A DNA stretch of 64,000 bases from Eledone cirrhosa (taxonomy: Eukaryota): assembly GCA_964016885.1 (NCBI GenBank), contig OZ024746.1, forward strand, positions 74,710,001 through 74,774,000, written 5' to 3'. Shown piece by piece: positions 26,741 through 39,625 of the stretch. The notes below the pieces were generated by a model. It did no database searches. It saw nothing but the letters and a program-made list of their open reading frames with translations, and was not told the origin of the DNA. Each line of letters opens with the position of its first letter. Within the stretch, counting starts at the first letter, position 1. Made by a program: the position numbers and the translations under genes.

Positions 26741-27055
26741 GCAACATCGTTTAAATCTCGATTGTATAGGCATTCTTACTCAATAAAACACCAGAGCCAA
26801 AGAAATGTAACAACTTTAGCAGAAAAAGCTTGGACGCTCAGGGATAGCAATCAAAAGTTTACCCTAAAATGGGAAAAATTAGCTAAAACCCAAAGCTTTT
26901 CCAGGAGCCAAAATTTCTGCAAATTGTGTAATCTTGAGATTTATTACATAATCACACACAAGAAGAAACTGCTGAATAACAGAATTGAACGAACATTATT
27001 CTGCCGTCACAGAACTAAAACCCTTTTTTCCCACTACAAGCAGAATATTACATAA
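26741..27055 (+). pseudogene. Inverted duplicate of the PLE endonuclease C-terminus
   Basis: The translation YRHSYSIKHQSQ...FSHYKQNIT is identical to the end of the 25327-26739 protein. Confidence 0.9.
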
Positions 27056-27386
27056 AAGAGGGACATCCCCCAACTATATAAACCTTAATCTAGTTAGAAA
27101 AATATAAAAACAATCTCTTCTCAACATATATTAATAACCTTAAATTACCATACTAATAATGAAAAGATATGCTGATGAGAATAGGTACAAATATGCGATA
27201 ATGAATGTGTCTAAAAACGTCCATAAGTATGTATATATATATGTGAAAATGTATATAAATAAGTAAATATATATATATGTTTGATGTGTATAGTTAGATG
27301 TAAGTGTATTCATGTATTAAAGTGCTTATATATATATATATATGTGTGTGTGTATATGTATATATGTGTATATATGTATATGTATG

Positions 27387-27417
<31 letters not shown>

Positions 27418-28013
27418 ATATATATGTGTATATATATATATATATATATGTGTATGTATGTATGTGTATATGGATGTGTATGTATGTGTATGTGTGTACA
27501 CATGGACTAGAGTGTGTATGTATATATGTGTGTGTCTATACGTGTGTATATATAAAGATAAGTTGAGTATGAAAATGTATACACATGAGCGCGTATGTAT
27601 GTACATGAATACATGTGTGTATATATATGTGTATGCATGTGTATATATATGTAAGTATGAATATGTGAATTGTGAGTATATCTATTTTGTAGAGGTGTGC
27701 AAATATATTTGTGTGTGAATGCGTGGGTGAAAGAATACGTACACTTGAAAGAAAAATTTAAGTCTGAATGTTAAGTGCAAACACAAAACCAACCACGCAT
27801 ATCTTTACTATCTCTAATCCTTCTATAGATTTAGAAAAATAACCAATAATATATTCTATAAAAAATGTCAAAACAACAGATGGGAATCTAATTACTCACT
27901 GCCACCAAGAATTCTCACTGCTATCGAAAAACCACTCCTTCAACTATTCTTCTAACAACTTCACCCCTCCCTCCTAATATTCTCTATAAAAACTAAATAG
28001 GTCCTCAGTAATA

Positions 28014-28130
28014 TTATTCTGATGAAATGACAGTAAATAATAACATTGAAATATTGAATGTCTGCATAACTAAAAGTTTGTAGATAGCTGTTTTAGGTTA
28101 TGTAACTGTTATAGAAACACGTGTCAATAA
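28014..28130 (+). ncRNA. Type I hammerhead ribozyme in the PLE 3' pseudo-LTR, with extended helix II
   Basis: TTATT | CTGATGA (28019-25) | A ATGACAGT...~70 nt...ACTGTTAT A | GAAA (28114-17) | CACGTG palindrome | TC | AATAA. Helix I is TTATT/AATAA, the cleavage triplet is GUC, and AATAAA overlaps the 3' strand. Confidence 0.85.
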
Positions 28131-28277
28131 ATTCCTTTCAACTAAACTGTATCCATTCAAATCTTTCTATTTTTCTCCGGATTACTTTTGGAACTACAAC
28201 TGGAACCGTCGAGCAAACTCTACGTGAGCTGATAATCTACTGTGTGTAATATTTATATTACAACACAACGGAAAATA

Positions 28278-28340
<63 letters not shown>

Positions 28341-28464
28341 ATTGTTTCTACTTTTGGCACAAGGCCAGCAATTACCCAGTACATTACTGGTACATTATTT
28401 TATCGACCCCGTAAGGATGAAAGGCAAAGTTAACTTTTCATCCTTACGGATATATATATATATA

Positions 28465-28884
28465 TTTTCGTTCATTGCCAGAGAACGTCTCTATGAACCA
28501 CCTAAGAGAACATTAGTCTACGACCTCTTTTATACCATAAACGTGGTTCTGTCTTTGCGCGTAATTGTTTTTCACCGCTCCTATTAATGACGTATTATAT
28601 TCGTTTTTTCCCGCTCTTTGCCAGCGAACGTTTCCACGAACCAAAATATCGTCTTCCTGTCTTCCTCCGGTTGCAACGTTTTTTGAAATATCCACTTCTG
28701 CGTTTACAGATTGACTTTGTTAGTTTCAGAAGATCCCGTTAAGGGTGAAAGCAGCGATTCTTTGCTTAAACTTTAATCTGTTATTTTAATAAATATTTGC
28801 TCTACGGTTCTTATATATTTGATATATATTTATCCTTATCGAGCCCTCTTTGAATTTTAGTCTTCAAATTTATTATTATTACTA
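28465..28884 (+). mobile_element. Family A short non-coding element (PLE pseudo-LTR-like); longest copy in the window
   Basis: Its 3' 160 bp recur at 1-73 (+), 12288-12451 (-), 12457-12518 (+), 20002-20102 (rearranged) and 20377-20403 (-). All copies abut (TA)n. Confidence 0.65.
28722..28772 (+). ncRNA. Hammerhead-fold motif, family A copy (CAGAAGA core)
   Basis: AGTTT CAGAAGA TCCCGTTAAGGGT GAAA GCAGCGATTCTTTGC TT AAACT. Confidence 0.6.
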
Positions 28885-28937
28885 TATATATATATATATA
28901 TATAAATATTAATAAATATTATATATATATATATATA

Positions 28938-29998
28938 TCCCTTGTCTAATGCCATGTGCGTTTTTCACTGGTAGTTAGCCCCTTTTCCGCTAGGAAAAAA
29001 GCTCGTTGAGAAAGTAAACTCCGTTCCTCTTGCTCTAGTAGGCTTTTATATTTATATGTGAGCTGATAGAGTACAGTCTAAGGATTTACAGAAACCCATG
29101 AAGCTAGATTTAACACCTTTCTAGTGGGTCCGGGTATGATTTTACATTCATTTAAATTATTGATGTATTGTTTTATTGATATTTTTTATCTGTTTGTCCC
29201 GAATCTTCTATTATCGATTTTTTATCGTATGGTTGATTGTAGACTTGTTCTATATGTGACGGTATTTTAACGATAGTTATAGCTCTGATTCATCTGAATT
29301 ATTGAGCCCTCTGCCGCTCATTTCGAATTTTGTTTATCGTGAACTCGTGCGCCGATTTTTCGATACTCGATCTTTCTAATATTTTTAGCTCTGGACATAG
29401 CTATCCACCAGTTAATTTTATTGCTCATTTTTTGTCGATTCTATTGAGTGATGAATAGCTTTTGTTTTATTTTAACATGTCTATTGAGCACTCTTATTCG
29501 ATATGTGTATTTCCACATTCCCTCGAATAGTTTTCGCGGATATAGAGGTTATCTCCCTTGTCTAATGCCATGTGCGTTTTTCACTGGTAGTTAGCCCCTT
29601 TTCCGCTAGGAAAAAAGCTCGTTGAGAAAGTAAACTCCGTTCCTCTTGCTCTAGTAGGCTTTTATATTTATATGTGAGCTGATAGAGTACAGTCTAAGGA
29701 TTTACAGAAACCCATGAAGCTAGATTTAACACCTTTCTAGTGGGTCCGGGTATGATTTTACATTCATTTAAATTATTGATGTATTGTTTTATTGATATTT
29801 TTTATCTGTTTGTCCCGAATCTTCTATTATCGATTTTTTATCGTATGGTTGATTGTAGACTTGTTCTATATGTGACGGTATTTTAACGATAGTTATAGCT
29901 CTGATTCATCTGAATTATTGAGCCCTCTGCCGCTCATTTCGAATTTTGTTTATCGTGAACTCGTGCGCCGATTTTTCGATACTCGATCTTTCTAATAT
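28938..29998. mobile_element. 616-bp unit in 1.7 tandem copies (445-bp direct repeats with a 171-bp spacer), bounded by (TA)n
   Basis: 28938-29382 matches 29554-29998 with no differences noticed. There is no ORF, and TA tracts lie on both sides. Confidence 0.85.
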
Positions 29999-30015
29999 AT
30001 ATATATATATATAAA

Positions 30016-30150
30016 ATTGTTTCTACGTTAGGCACAAGGCCAGCAATTACCCAGTGCATTACTGGTACTTTATTTTATCGACCCCGTAAGGATGAAAGGC
30101 AAAGTAAACCTCGGCGGGATTTGAACTCAGACCGTAAAGGGACGTAACTA
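30016..30150 (-). mobile_element. 5'-truncated SINE
   Basis: Tail, core and B-box of the same family. Similar partial copies lie at 1258-1445 (-), 2715-2820 (+), 3440-3600 (-), 7100-7290 (+), 13355-13472 (+) and 28341-28435 (-). Confidence 0.8.
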
Positions 30151-31069
30151 TTATATAATGATTTTGTTTTTGTATTCAAACAACAACATAAAGACCAAAG
30201 ATGAGTTATTGGTTTATGTGGGACTGAAGAAATATATAAACATTTATTTATTTATTCAAGCTGGATAAAGAATACCCAAGCAATGGCTTGAGTTCTCAGC
30301 TATTTTGAAGGTATTAATTTCATTGTCAACAATATTCCAAATATAGCTATATTAGTACCATTTTTTAAGGAAATGGATCTACAGAGATATATAGATGGTG
30401 AAGGAACATTGTACAATAGAGTTGTAATGGGGGTTAGATTAGAACTATCGTTTAGGTGAGTCGCAATAAGTATGATAACGAACTAATTTTAAAATATTTT
30501 TTCATGTGTTTTACGTATTATAATGATGCCTGGACTTTGAAAATATATGAATATGAATATTACTTTCATAATGCCGCGCCACCTACTTAGATTGGAGTTG
30601 AAGGGAAATAATTCATTTAGATAAATAATTAGCGATAATAGTTTTTAGAATATATTATTTGAAGTCTTTGAAAGGAAAAGAAAGAGTTTAAAACTATAAA
30701 ATGAAGTGAGATAAATTGGAGAATAGAAGGAAAGATAATATAGATAAAATAAGATTAATATGCTTTAAAATACGTTTAAAATTGCTGAAGTTTAGATATA
30801 TCGTGTCACAGTTTTAAGAGTTACAATGATGCTATATTATGAAAGCTGTAAAAAACGAAGGCATTGGATGATTACATAAATGTATGTTAAAATGAATTAA
30901 GCTCCGATAAAAAGTGGTGAAGAGAAATTTCAATATAGTCATAATTTGTGATATTGTTAGTAGACGGTAGATGCAAAACTAAGAGAAAGAGAGAGATGGG
31001 GTGAGCGTGAGTGTGCTTGAGTGAGAGAGAGGTGGGAGAGAGAGACGCTTAAGTTAGAAAACAGGCAGC

Positions 31070-31600
31070 AGCAGAAGTAACTACCTCAACAACAACAACA
31101 TCAGCAGTACCACCAACATCAATACTGCCATCAATGATGGTACCACCTTCAATAACAACACCACCAACAACAATACCACCCCTCCCTCAGAAAACAACAG
31201 CATCAGCAACAATATACAGCTGGCGGCAACAACAGTATCACCAACAACAGCATCCCCCAAAAAAGAACTGCATCACCAACAATAGCATCATCTTAAACAA
31301 CAGCACCAACAACAGCATCACCATCAGCAATAACACCACCAACAATAGCAACACTAACAACGGCATCACAAAAAAACAACGGCACCACCCACCACAACAA
31401 CGATAGCACCAAAAATAACAGTCCATCAACAGCAGCAATCACAACAATTGCACTAACAACAACATCAGCACCATCAACAATAGTACCGCCATGAAAAATA
31501 GCACCGACAGCAACAAGAACGCCAAAGCCCTAAAACAGTACCAACACCATCAACATGAGCACCGTCAACGTGAACACTGCCACACGGTGACTATTGCAAC
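31070..31600 (+). repeat. Degenerate (CAA/CAG/CAC)n low-complexity tract
   Basis: Trinucleotide-rich sequence giving poly-N/T/Q pseudo-ORFs. Confidence 0.7.
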
Positions 31601-33443
31601 AATCACAAAAAATAAAAGGTTGCTCACTTCTTTAAGACACGTCTTCTTATAGATATAACTTTTTTCTAACTTGTTCTGATTATAATTTCTTTTCCGATAA
31701 ATCATAGCAGATATGAAGATAACTCAGCAAACGAAGACAATTTTGGTTATTCGGATTACACAGACAATAAATTTGCAGTCTTCACGGTCTGGGTGAGGCA
31801 CCGAGAGAGGAGCCCTAATACTGTAAGCTGAATACGTCGTTCTTAACGAATTAATAGAGTGTTGAGTTGACCGAAACAATATGCAACGATTGGTGATAGG
31901 TCTATCTGAAGAAATATATTAGAGTAGAAGTGATAATGTATAGCAAAGAAGTAACTATTCTAGACTACAGAATCATCAGGATAAATGTGGCAAAGATGAA
32001 ACGACATTGACAATGAAAAGCGGCGGAGATTGGACTCAACCATATTTATGACATGAAAGAACATCGCTTTGTCAGAGCTATCAGGTGTGTTTTAGACACG
32101 GGTAGCAAAAACCGTTCGATGGGCTTGAATGGCAGAGACTCCACGTGGAAACAAAACAAAATAAGTTTGTGATGGACAATGACAGGCGTGTGATATATGA
32201 TAGTAGATAGATTGCAGTATTTCAAACTTTGCAGAACTGGTTAGTGAAGTGAGAATTATGGATTTCGATGCTCACGTTGACTTTATTCCATAGGAAAAGA
32301 TAAAAGAGTGCAATGGTGTAAAAAACCAATAATAGCTTTTGAGATACTGTTAGAAATGAGTCATTAGGTGAGGGCAAATCAAAAGCATCTTTTTTGGACG
32401 GCCTTCCATCCCTTTTTACGTGTATATGCCAGATTTGCTTCGCTCCATTCCTAAAAGCAGTAGACAGGGTATATTCCCGGGTATTCGCATAATGGTTGCT
32501 GATAGCTCTGTCAGGCGCAAGATTGATAATGTCTAGACCCTGTCATGGCATATTTCTAGGCAGTTAGTTATCACAGCACTTTTCTGAGACCGATGGTAAA
32601 ATAGGAATTGAAAAAGAGAACAGAAATAATGGTCAAGTAATTTTCTTTTATTTTCTTTTTGTAATCCTAAACCTTAAGATGATGAATGTATATAAGACAT
32701 TTAATGCTTCCGGTGCTTGCCTTAGGTAAAATTGATACGACTAAATGTTCACCTATACTCAGCGGTATTTGTACATTCATGTATATAAATATACATTTTA
32801 TGAATGAAATGGAAAGTGTGAATTCCTGCGGATTACCAACGAATTGTATTTATATCGTTAGGTAAATAGCCAGGTTATTATATAATCATTTTATATAACC
32901 AAGAACTCCTACAAACCTGGTATAATTTTAGTTTCTAGACTCCTTACATGCGTTATCATTATTTTCAACCCCTTGTATTTTATAAGAATCTTTATCTCAT
33001 TTACTGATATGGGCTTATCAGATGGACATGTCTTATCAAAGTAGGTACTAGTCCTTGTTACTTTATCCTTGAATATATTATCAACACGATTAGCCCTTAT
33101 CAACACGTTTAAGTGTATTTGCATATTCCGATGACTAGATGCACTATTTATAAATGAGGTTCAGAAATACGTGGTAATGTGCCTTCAAACTTATGATATC
33201 AAACTTTCAGTAAATTTAGTCTACGATCCTTAGATTAGGTCGGTTATATACTCCTTATTACTTTTATTATCAAATCTTTACGTCGTTTCTCTGATATGGA
33301 GAGAGTCTTCAAGTACAGGAAATTATACAGAGGGGAAGATATACGAAAGAATATTGTTTTAGTTGACAATGATTCTCTAACCAATACACTAAAACAATTA
33401 GAAAACTAAACCTATACACACACGTACACACACACACAGAAAC

Positions 33444-33484
<41 letters not shown>

Positions 33485-33760
33485 TGTTTCTGTGTGTGTA
33501 TGTGCGTGTGTGTGTGTACGAATTAAACCATAACAGGGATATAGATATATAGGTGAGATAGACTAAAATTTTTTGGGGGTCTGTCTGGCTTATACTCCCA
33601 TAAATGGAGTTTTTTCCACTTAAATTTAAAATATAATATTGCTTCTTTGATTGATATTTTATCAATATATTTTATCCATTCATTTAGATACTAATGTAAT
33701 ATTTAATTACATATATATATATAAATTATATATATATGTGTGTGTGTGTGTGTATGTAAC

Positions 33761-33855
33761 AGAACCGTGACGAATGGAGAGATGCTGTGCTGAAGAGGAC
33801 CCGTCCCACCCATGCAAGCAGGGAAAAGTGGACGTAAAATGATGATGATGGTGAT
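33761..33855 (+). mobile_element. RTE LINE extreme 3' end with (ATG)n tail
   Basis: NRDEWRDAVLKRTRPTHAS, followed by GGACGTAAAATGATGATGATG. Confidence 0.65.
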
Positions 33856-34020
33856 ATATATATGCTTGTGGTTTATTTTATTGGGTATATGAAATATGTG
33901 CCTTTCTTTTTATTCTGAGGAGTGGTGCAATAATTTAATAAATTCAAACGTATCTTCTTATATGCAGTTATTGTTTACTTAAGCTCTATTGTATCCGCAT
34001 ATATATATATATATATGCAT

Positions 34021-34134
<114 letters not shown>

Positions 34135-34310
34135 AGAGTCAGGACCCCGACGGCTGAGCTCCAGCCGTTTCGAGAGCTAGTTCTGAACTACTGTACTCTA
34201 GGGTGTTATGGTCCACCTGGTATCTTACCACAGCCTCTTTGTTATATATATATATCCGTCTGTAGTTGACGACTAAAAGAAAGGAGTACTCAATCCCGAA
34301 GTAGAGTTTT

Positions 34311-34460
34311 AATATTCCTTTTATTAAGACTAAATACTGAGTTTGTTACTCTGGAGTTTCGCCTGTTTATCACAGGGTCATCAGGCGATGCCCCTGTGAT
34401 AAACAGGCGAAACCCCAGAATAAAAATACTCCTTATTAAGCCTTAATAAAATAAAATATT
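34311..34460. repeat. ~72-bp inverted repeat of an HHR-like pseudo-LTR end
   Basis: Arms are 34311-34382 and 34387-34460. The minus arm reads CTGATGA C CCTGT GATAA ACAGG C GAAA CTCCAGAGT; the helix I 5' strand is lost at the inversion. Confidence 0.7.
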
Positions 34461-34478
34461 TGTGTATAAACATATATA

Positions 34479-34578
<100 letters not shown>

Positions 34579-37497
34579 CGAGAGTGAGAGTAAGGAGAGA
34601 GAGAAAGAGAGAAAGGCGAGAGAGAGAGTGAGAGTAAGGAGAAAGAGAAAGAGAAAGAGAGAAAGTGAGATACACACACATATTTATATACTTGTCATTT
34701 CTCAATATCTATTATTTGATGTTCATACATAATATGAGCATATAATTATTCATGAAGGTACATCGATAAATTGTATGTACAATTCTTATCATATATTATA
34801 TCATATCATTATTAATGGTATGTATAGTTAATGTAAATATTGATTATATATATTTTTAGCGTTTTCATTATTTCCTTACTCCTCCTCTATCTATTTCTTC
34901 TCTCTCTTATTCAATCTTCCGTTGAAATACTAACGTCCGAAACGTTAAGACACTTTTCCTATTATATCAAGCTTTAAACTATGTACTGTGTTGTTCTCCG
35001 GTGTATGTTTTCCTTTTTTTATTTTTTCTCATCCATAATCAATATTTACATTGAATATTCATAACATTAACGAATCAACAATATTCGCATGGATGGATTA
35101 GTACATATGTAAAAAGACTGAGGCAAGCAGATATACAGAAACGTGTATACATAAATATGCACCAATGTATGTATATATACATATCATATGAATAAACATA
35201 AAGCATTAGAATAAATTATGCTGCATAGAAATATATATAGAGATTGGACAATCCTTTTATGCTAAACTGTTTCATCCTTTGGAGGTCGCTAAGAAAAGTA
35301 CCAGTCCTGTACTGAGATCGAGAATTTCTCTATATCTCTTTCTCACTTCCTCTCTATCACTAGAATAAATTGTCAGTACCCAAGACTCTCCATGTATCAC
35401 TACAGGTGTTACCAATCCAGTCATACATAGATGGCTGTCTGGTGGCATATGCAACTACAGTTAGTTTCCGTTATGAATGGTATTTTTCATAATTCAGTTG
35501 TGAAAATATCATATTTATTAAATAGGCTATCGGGATTAAGAAAATATGAAAATTGCTTTATTTTACTTAAGACTATTGTTGAACATAATATCCTATATTA
35601 TATTCTTAAATTAATTCTTTAAATAATTTTTAAAGAGTGTAGTAACCAAAGAACCGTGAAAGAAACCACTAGCGGAAATCAAATCATGCTTAAACGTAGA
35701 AACCGGATTTGCCTGATGGAACCTCATATAAATATGAGAACTGGTCAAAGAAGCATTCATGCTGTCTAATGTGTTGTACGTGCGCCCTTTTCAAATTACT
35801 ACTATACATTATGTCAGGTTGGGCTTCAGTCGCTGTTTTTGTTGTTCTATGATGGAGCCTGATGGAGCCTGATAGAGCAACACTTTTTTTGCAAGAGCAT
35901 CATACTGCTGCACCTTGAAAAGGGCCGTAATTTTTGTTCCTGTGAGCTCTTTTCTGGTATTGAATGCGAAAGTAATGAAATGGTCTGGGTTTCCAAAACG
36001 TCAAAGATGTAACGTTGAAAGCGGAAAATAAAGTGTGGTGGCGAGAGAGTGACTGTATGTGTGTGGAAAAGAAGAGATTAAAGAAAGGAGATAATAGGGT
36101 GCTACAACATTAAAAAAACACCTTAGTAGAAATCCCTCAAAAGACCATCCAACCAAAAAGTAAAAACACTATCACTCATTAGCTACAAACGATTTCCTCT
36201 CTCCAACTATTATATTGTTACAATAAAGATCTCTGATCTAGAAAAAATTAAAATACACCTGGCTGGGCCCTTCTAAACCATCTACATCGCTTCTTTCTCA
36301 CAACACAACAGTTTCTATCCCCTAGATACCTAAAATAAACATTTCATTTTCCCATTTTTCTCCGTAACTTTAGCCCTTTGGGTTACCATAAACGTAGTTG
36401 TAATTTAACCTAATCAGATAGTCCAATGAGAAAAGTGACAACGTGAAAAGCTATCCCGTTCATTTTTGTTTATCTAGGACTACATTTACTAATATGTCTT
36501 TCCTCTTTTATGTAGTTTATGAAAATGATTGGCTGCTGTAACTAACATCTCGAGCGATCATGTAAAGTCTTCAACGAATGTTCTTTGTCCCTACAGACGT
36601 CGATAAAGGAAATTACAAACTTTACAACAGTATCAATCTCCCCAGCCTATTAGGGGTCAATCTACAAGAACATGAGCACTGTCCCACTTCCTACTAAGTC
36701 ATATACTGTCTGGTTTTCAAATATAAAACCTGTTTAAATAACGTTGTATTCTTTATTGGATAATCTCTTTACACACATGCGTACACACACATAGTTAAGT
36801 ATCTGTATATGAGAATTAGTTTCAGTTTTTATGTGTTTATGTACACACACGTGTGTGTGTGTGTGTGTGTGCGTTGGCATATTAGTATTAATATATGTCA
36901 GTGTATGTATGTCTTCTTGATTTAGTAGTTGATGTTGTTGTTGCTATTCTTTCGTTCTTATCTAAACAGCAATGTGTATTTCAATACCATTTTGTTATTT
37001 ACGTAACACGTCGCTTCATATTTATCAATCTATAATCTGCCTGTAGCAGATATAAGCAGAGACACTACCAGTTTTGTTTATCCAGATAAGATTGCTTATC
37101 TAGATTAGATGAGAACAAAACATCTTTCGGCCGGGAATAATCTATGAAAAACTGAAATATATGGAAGCACAAACGATAAGCTGCAGTTCAGACTGTATTT
37201 CTTTTAACCGACCTTAGACTTTAGTACCATTGATCTTTGTTTCGTTGAAAGTTAGCATCAATTAGCATCTATCAGTTAAAATATATTTATGTGCACAACG
37301 TTGTACTGTTGTTTTTAGTGAAGTTGGGTTCAGTATAAGATTTGAAAGGTTTATGTTTAATAAGGACAGCGAATTAGCGGAGTCGTTAGAACGTTGGTTG
37401 AGGGCTGTACATATTTCTTCCAACACTCTCTTCTCAGTGTTCAAATCCTGCCGATGTCAACTTCAGATTTTATCCTTTTAAGGGTGATAGAAATAAT

Positions 37498-37685
37498 TGT
37501 TTCTACTTTAGGCACAAGGCCAGCAAATACCCAGTGCATTACTGGTACTTTATTTTATCGACCCCGTAAGGATGAAAGGCAAAGTCAACCTCGGTGGTAT
37601 TTGAACTCGGATCGTAAAGGGACGTAACTGTGCTGGAAAGCATGGCGTCCGACCCTCTACCGATACTGCCAATTCACCGTCCGTG
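37498..37685 (-). mobile_element. Young SINE inserted antisense into an older SINE (~37365-37725)
   Basis: A perfect 18-bp TSD, AAGGGTGATAGAAATAAT, lies at 37480-37497 and 37686-37703. The older SINE head with B-box GTTCAAATCC is upstream. Confidence 0.88.
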
Positions 37686-39625
37686 AAGGGTGATAGAAAT
37701 AATGCTAGTCTGGTACTGGAGTCGGGTATCCTATATTTCTATCTTTTCTATCACTCTTCTTCCTTCTCTTCCGTGATACTTGTGTGTTTGATGGCATCGA
37801 CATTTTCCGCATCTTCTATCCTAGTCATCACTATTTTCGTCGTCAGTATATTTGTATTCAGCACTGTGGGTGATATCTGGAATTTCTCCATTGCTGGAGA
37901 CCACTAACAACACTGACGTGCAAGAGTGTATCTATATTTAGGCGCTGAATATCCGCTCCAGGCAGCACATGTGGTCTACTGCATTGTGTTTTTCGTTGGG
38001 AGCGGACAAATTGAAAGACAAAATCTAGTGTAATATTTTTGCCTTGACATTCCTGGTGTGACATTCTGTAACTAGAGAGGTCTACTGCTTTCTTCAGCCT
38101 CATAAAGGTAACTAAGCTATGCACTCCTCATGTGTATGATTTTACCACTGTCTATAGCACTAAACTGACCTTACTTCAATAACCTATTTACAACCATTAA
38201 TTTTCTTTGCTTCTAGGAATCAAATATGATGAAAATCAAAAACATGTTTGTTATAAAAGACGCCATTCATAGATATAAGTTCATTTATATTTTATTAACA
38301 ACAATTTTTATATGGCTGGAAGGGTAAATTTTTGTAATAATTACAATCAACCTCTGTTTTATAGAGCTTAGATAGACAACAAATATAGTGGAATCCGATG
38401 AGATTTTGAAATTAGAACGTAAACAAAAACAGGAGTAAATAGATTCCGTAATTGGGCTGGTCCTCAACTTCTATTTAAATTGAATGTCGTGTTTTATGTG
38501 TTATTTATTACGAATTGTTCGTGTAGTTTTTATACTATCGTCTCTTGGGCTAAAGAGCTATTATTTGGCAGACTACTTTTTGTTTACCTTCCAGGTTAGC
38601 CCTGATTGAACGTGTATATGATCATCATCTTTACTAGATTACATTATATAATATCGCCTTCCATTTGTACAAAATCATGGTATGTTCTAAAGAGAATTTT
38701 ACAGCTATTTCTAGCTTGTTGATCAATCATGAGTGTTCTCCGTTGGCTTGTAAAAAGTAGTGCTACATGGAGCTGTTGAATAATTGTTTGACACTATTTA
38801 TTTTTTCATAATATTGTGTTAAAGAAGAATTACATTGAACATGTATTGTCCTGTTGACATATTGTATATGAGGAAATATCTTTAATGGAAAACACATAGT
38901 TTACTTATATAAATGTAAATTCAATCCATTTATATTAAGAAAGTTATCATTGAATACTTTCACAAAAGAAAGCTCACCACTTTCAGAATCTAGGAATCTT
39001 TTTATTAGTTGGTGGGGTTGCTATTTCTATCAAGTCGAGTGAGCAAGTAGAGGCTCCCTCTGTTTCTATATAATGTTACAGTTTAATGAATAACACAAAG
39101 AAATATTTTGTTAGTATTGTATAGCAAAATAGAGTTACCTTGCGTTTTATTTTATAGTGTTAAACTAGGTTGAAGGATAAGTAAAATCGTTCGAGCGCTG
39201 GATGAAATCCTTTGTGGGATTTGTTCCAAGTCTTTTCATTCTGAGTTTTAAACATGGCGAATTCAAATTTGCTCTCTATGCTTCTGAGTAATCGATAAAA
39301 TAAATAACCAGTTAAGTACTAGGGTCGATATAATCGATTTTGCACATCTACGTAATTGCTTTTTTTATGCTGTGCTAGAAAGAATTATATAGTGTTACGC
39401 GGTATAATTTCAGTGTTTTATTTTAAAATATTTTACTCCGTAGTGTGGATGCAGTTATGGCTGAAATTTTAAGAAGGTCTCACGACAATCGTAAACTGTC
39501 AATTCATTCTCATTGTACGACATCTTAAGCAAGCATTTGAAGCATAGACTCTAGTTGACTCAATACTTGTCAGCCAAACTGGGTAGACGAGTGTGTTTGT
39601 CATCGATTTTACTCTCCCTTAAAAA

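Larger units (their letters stand above)
24212..28280 (-). mobile_element. Penelope-like element insertion with inverted duplication of its 3' 1430 bp (tail-out), bounded by (TA)n tracts
   Basis: 24212-25641 is the reverse complement of 26741-28170. The coordinate sum 52382 holds at both ends, and only about 3 substitutions were noticed. (TA)n lies at 24181-24213 and 28281-28340. 28171-28280 is present only on the right arm. Confidence 0.92.

Noticed and set aside
27172-27230. CTGATGA in the PLE 3'UTR as a second HHR
   Set aside because: No helix II/GAAA/UH arrangement follows.
31134-31406. T/P/Q/N-rich ORF as a host exon
   Set aside because: It is explained by a degenerate CAN repeat, with no splice or domain support.
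33278-33320. Minus-strand TTGAAGA..GAAACGACGTA HHR-like relic (similar at 60730-60765)
   Set aside because: The core is mutated and helix I is unsupported.
37858-38124. SHQECQGKN as a Helitron/Pif1 helicase motif relic
   Set aside because: A single weak motif; insufficient without a homology search.
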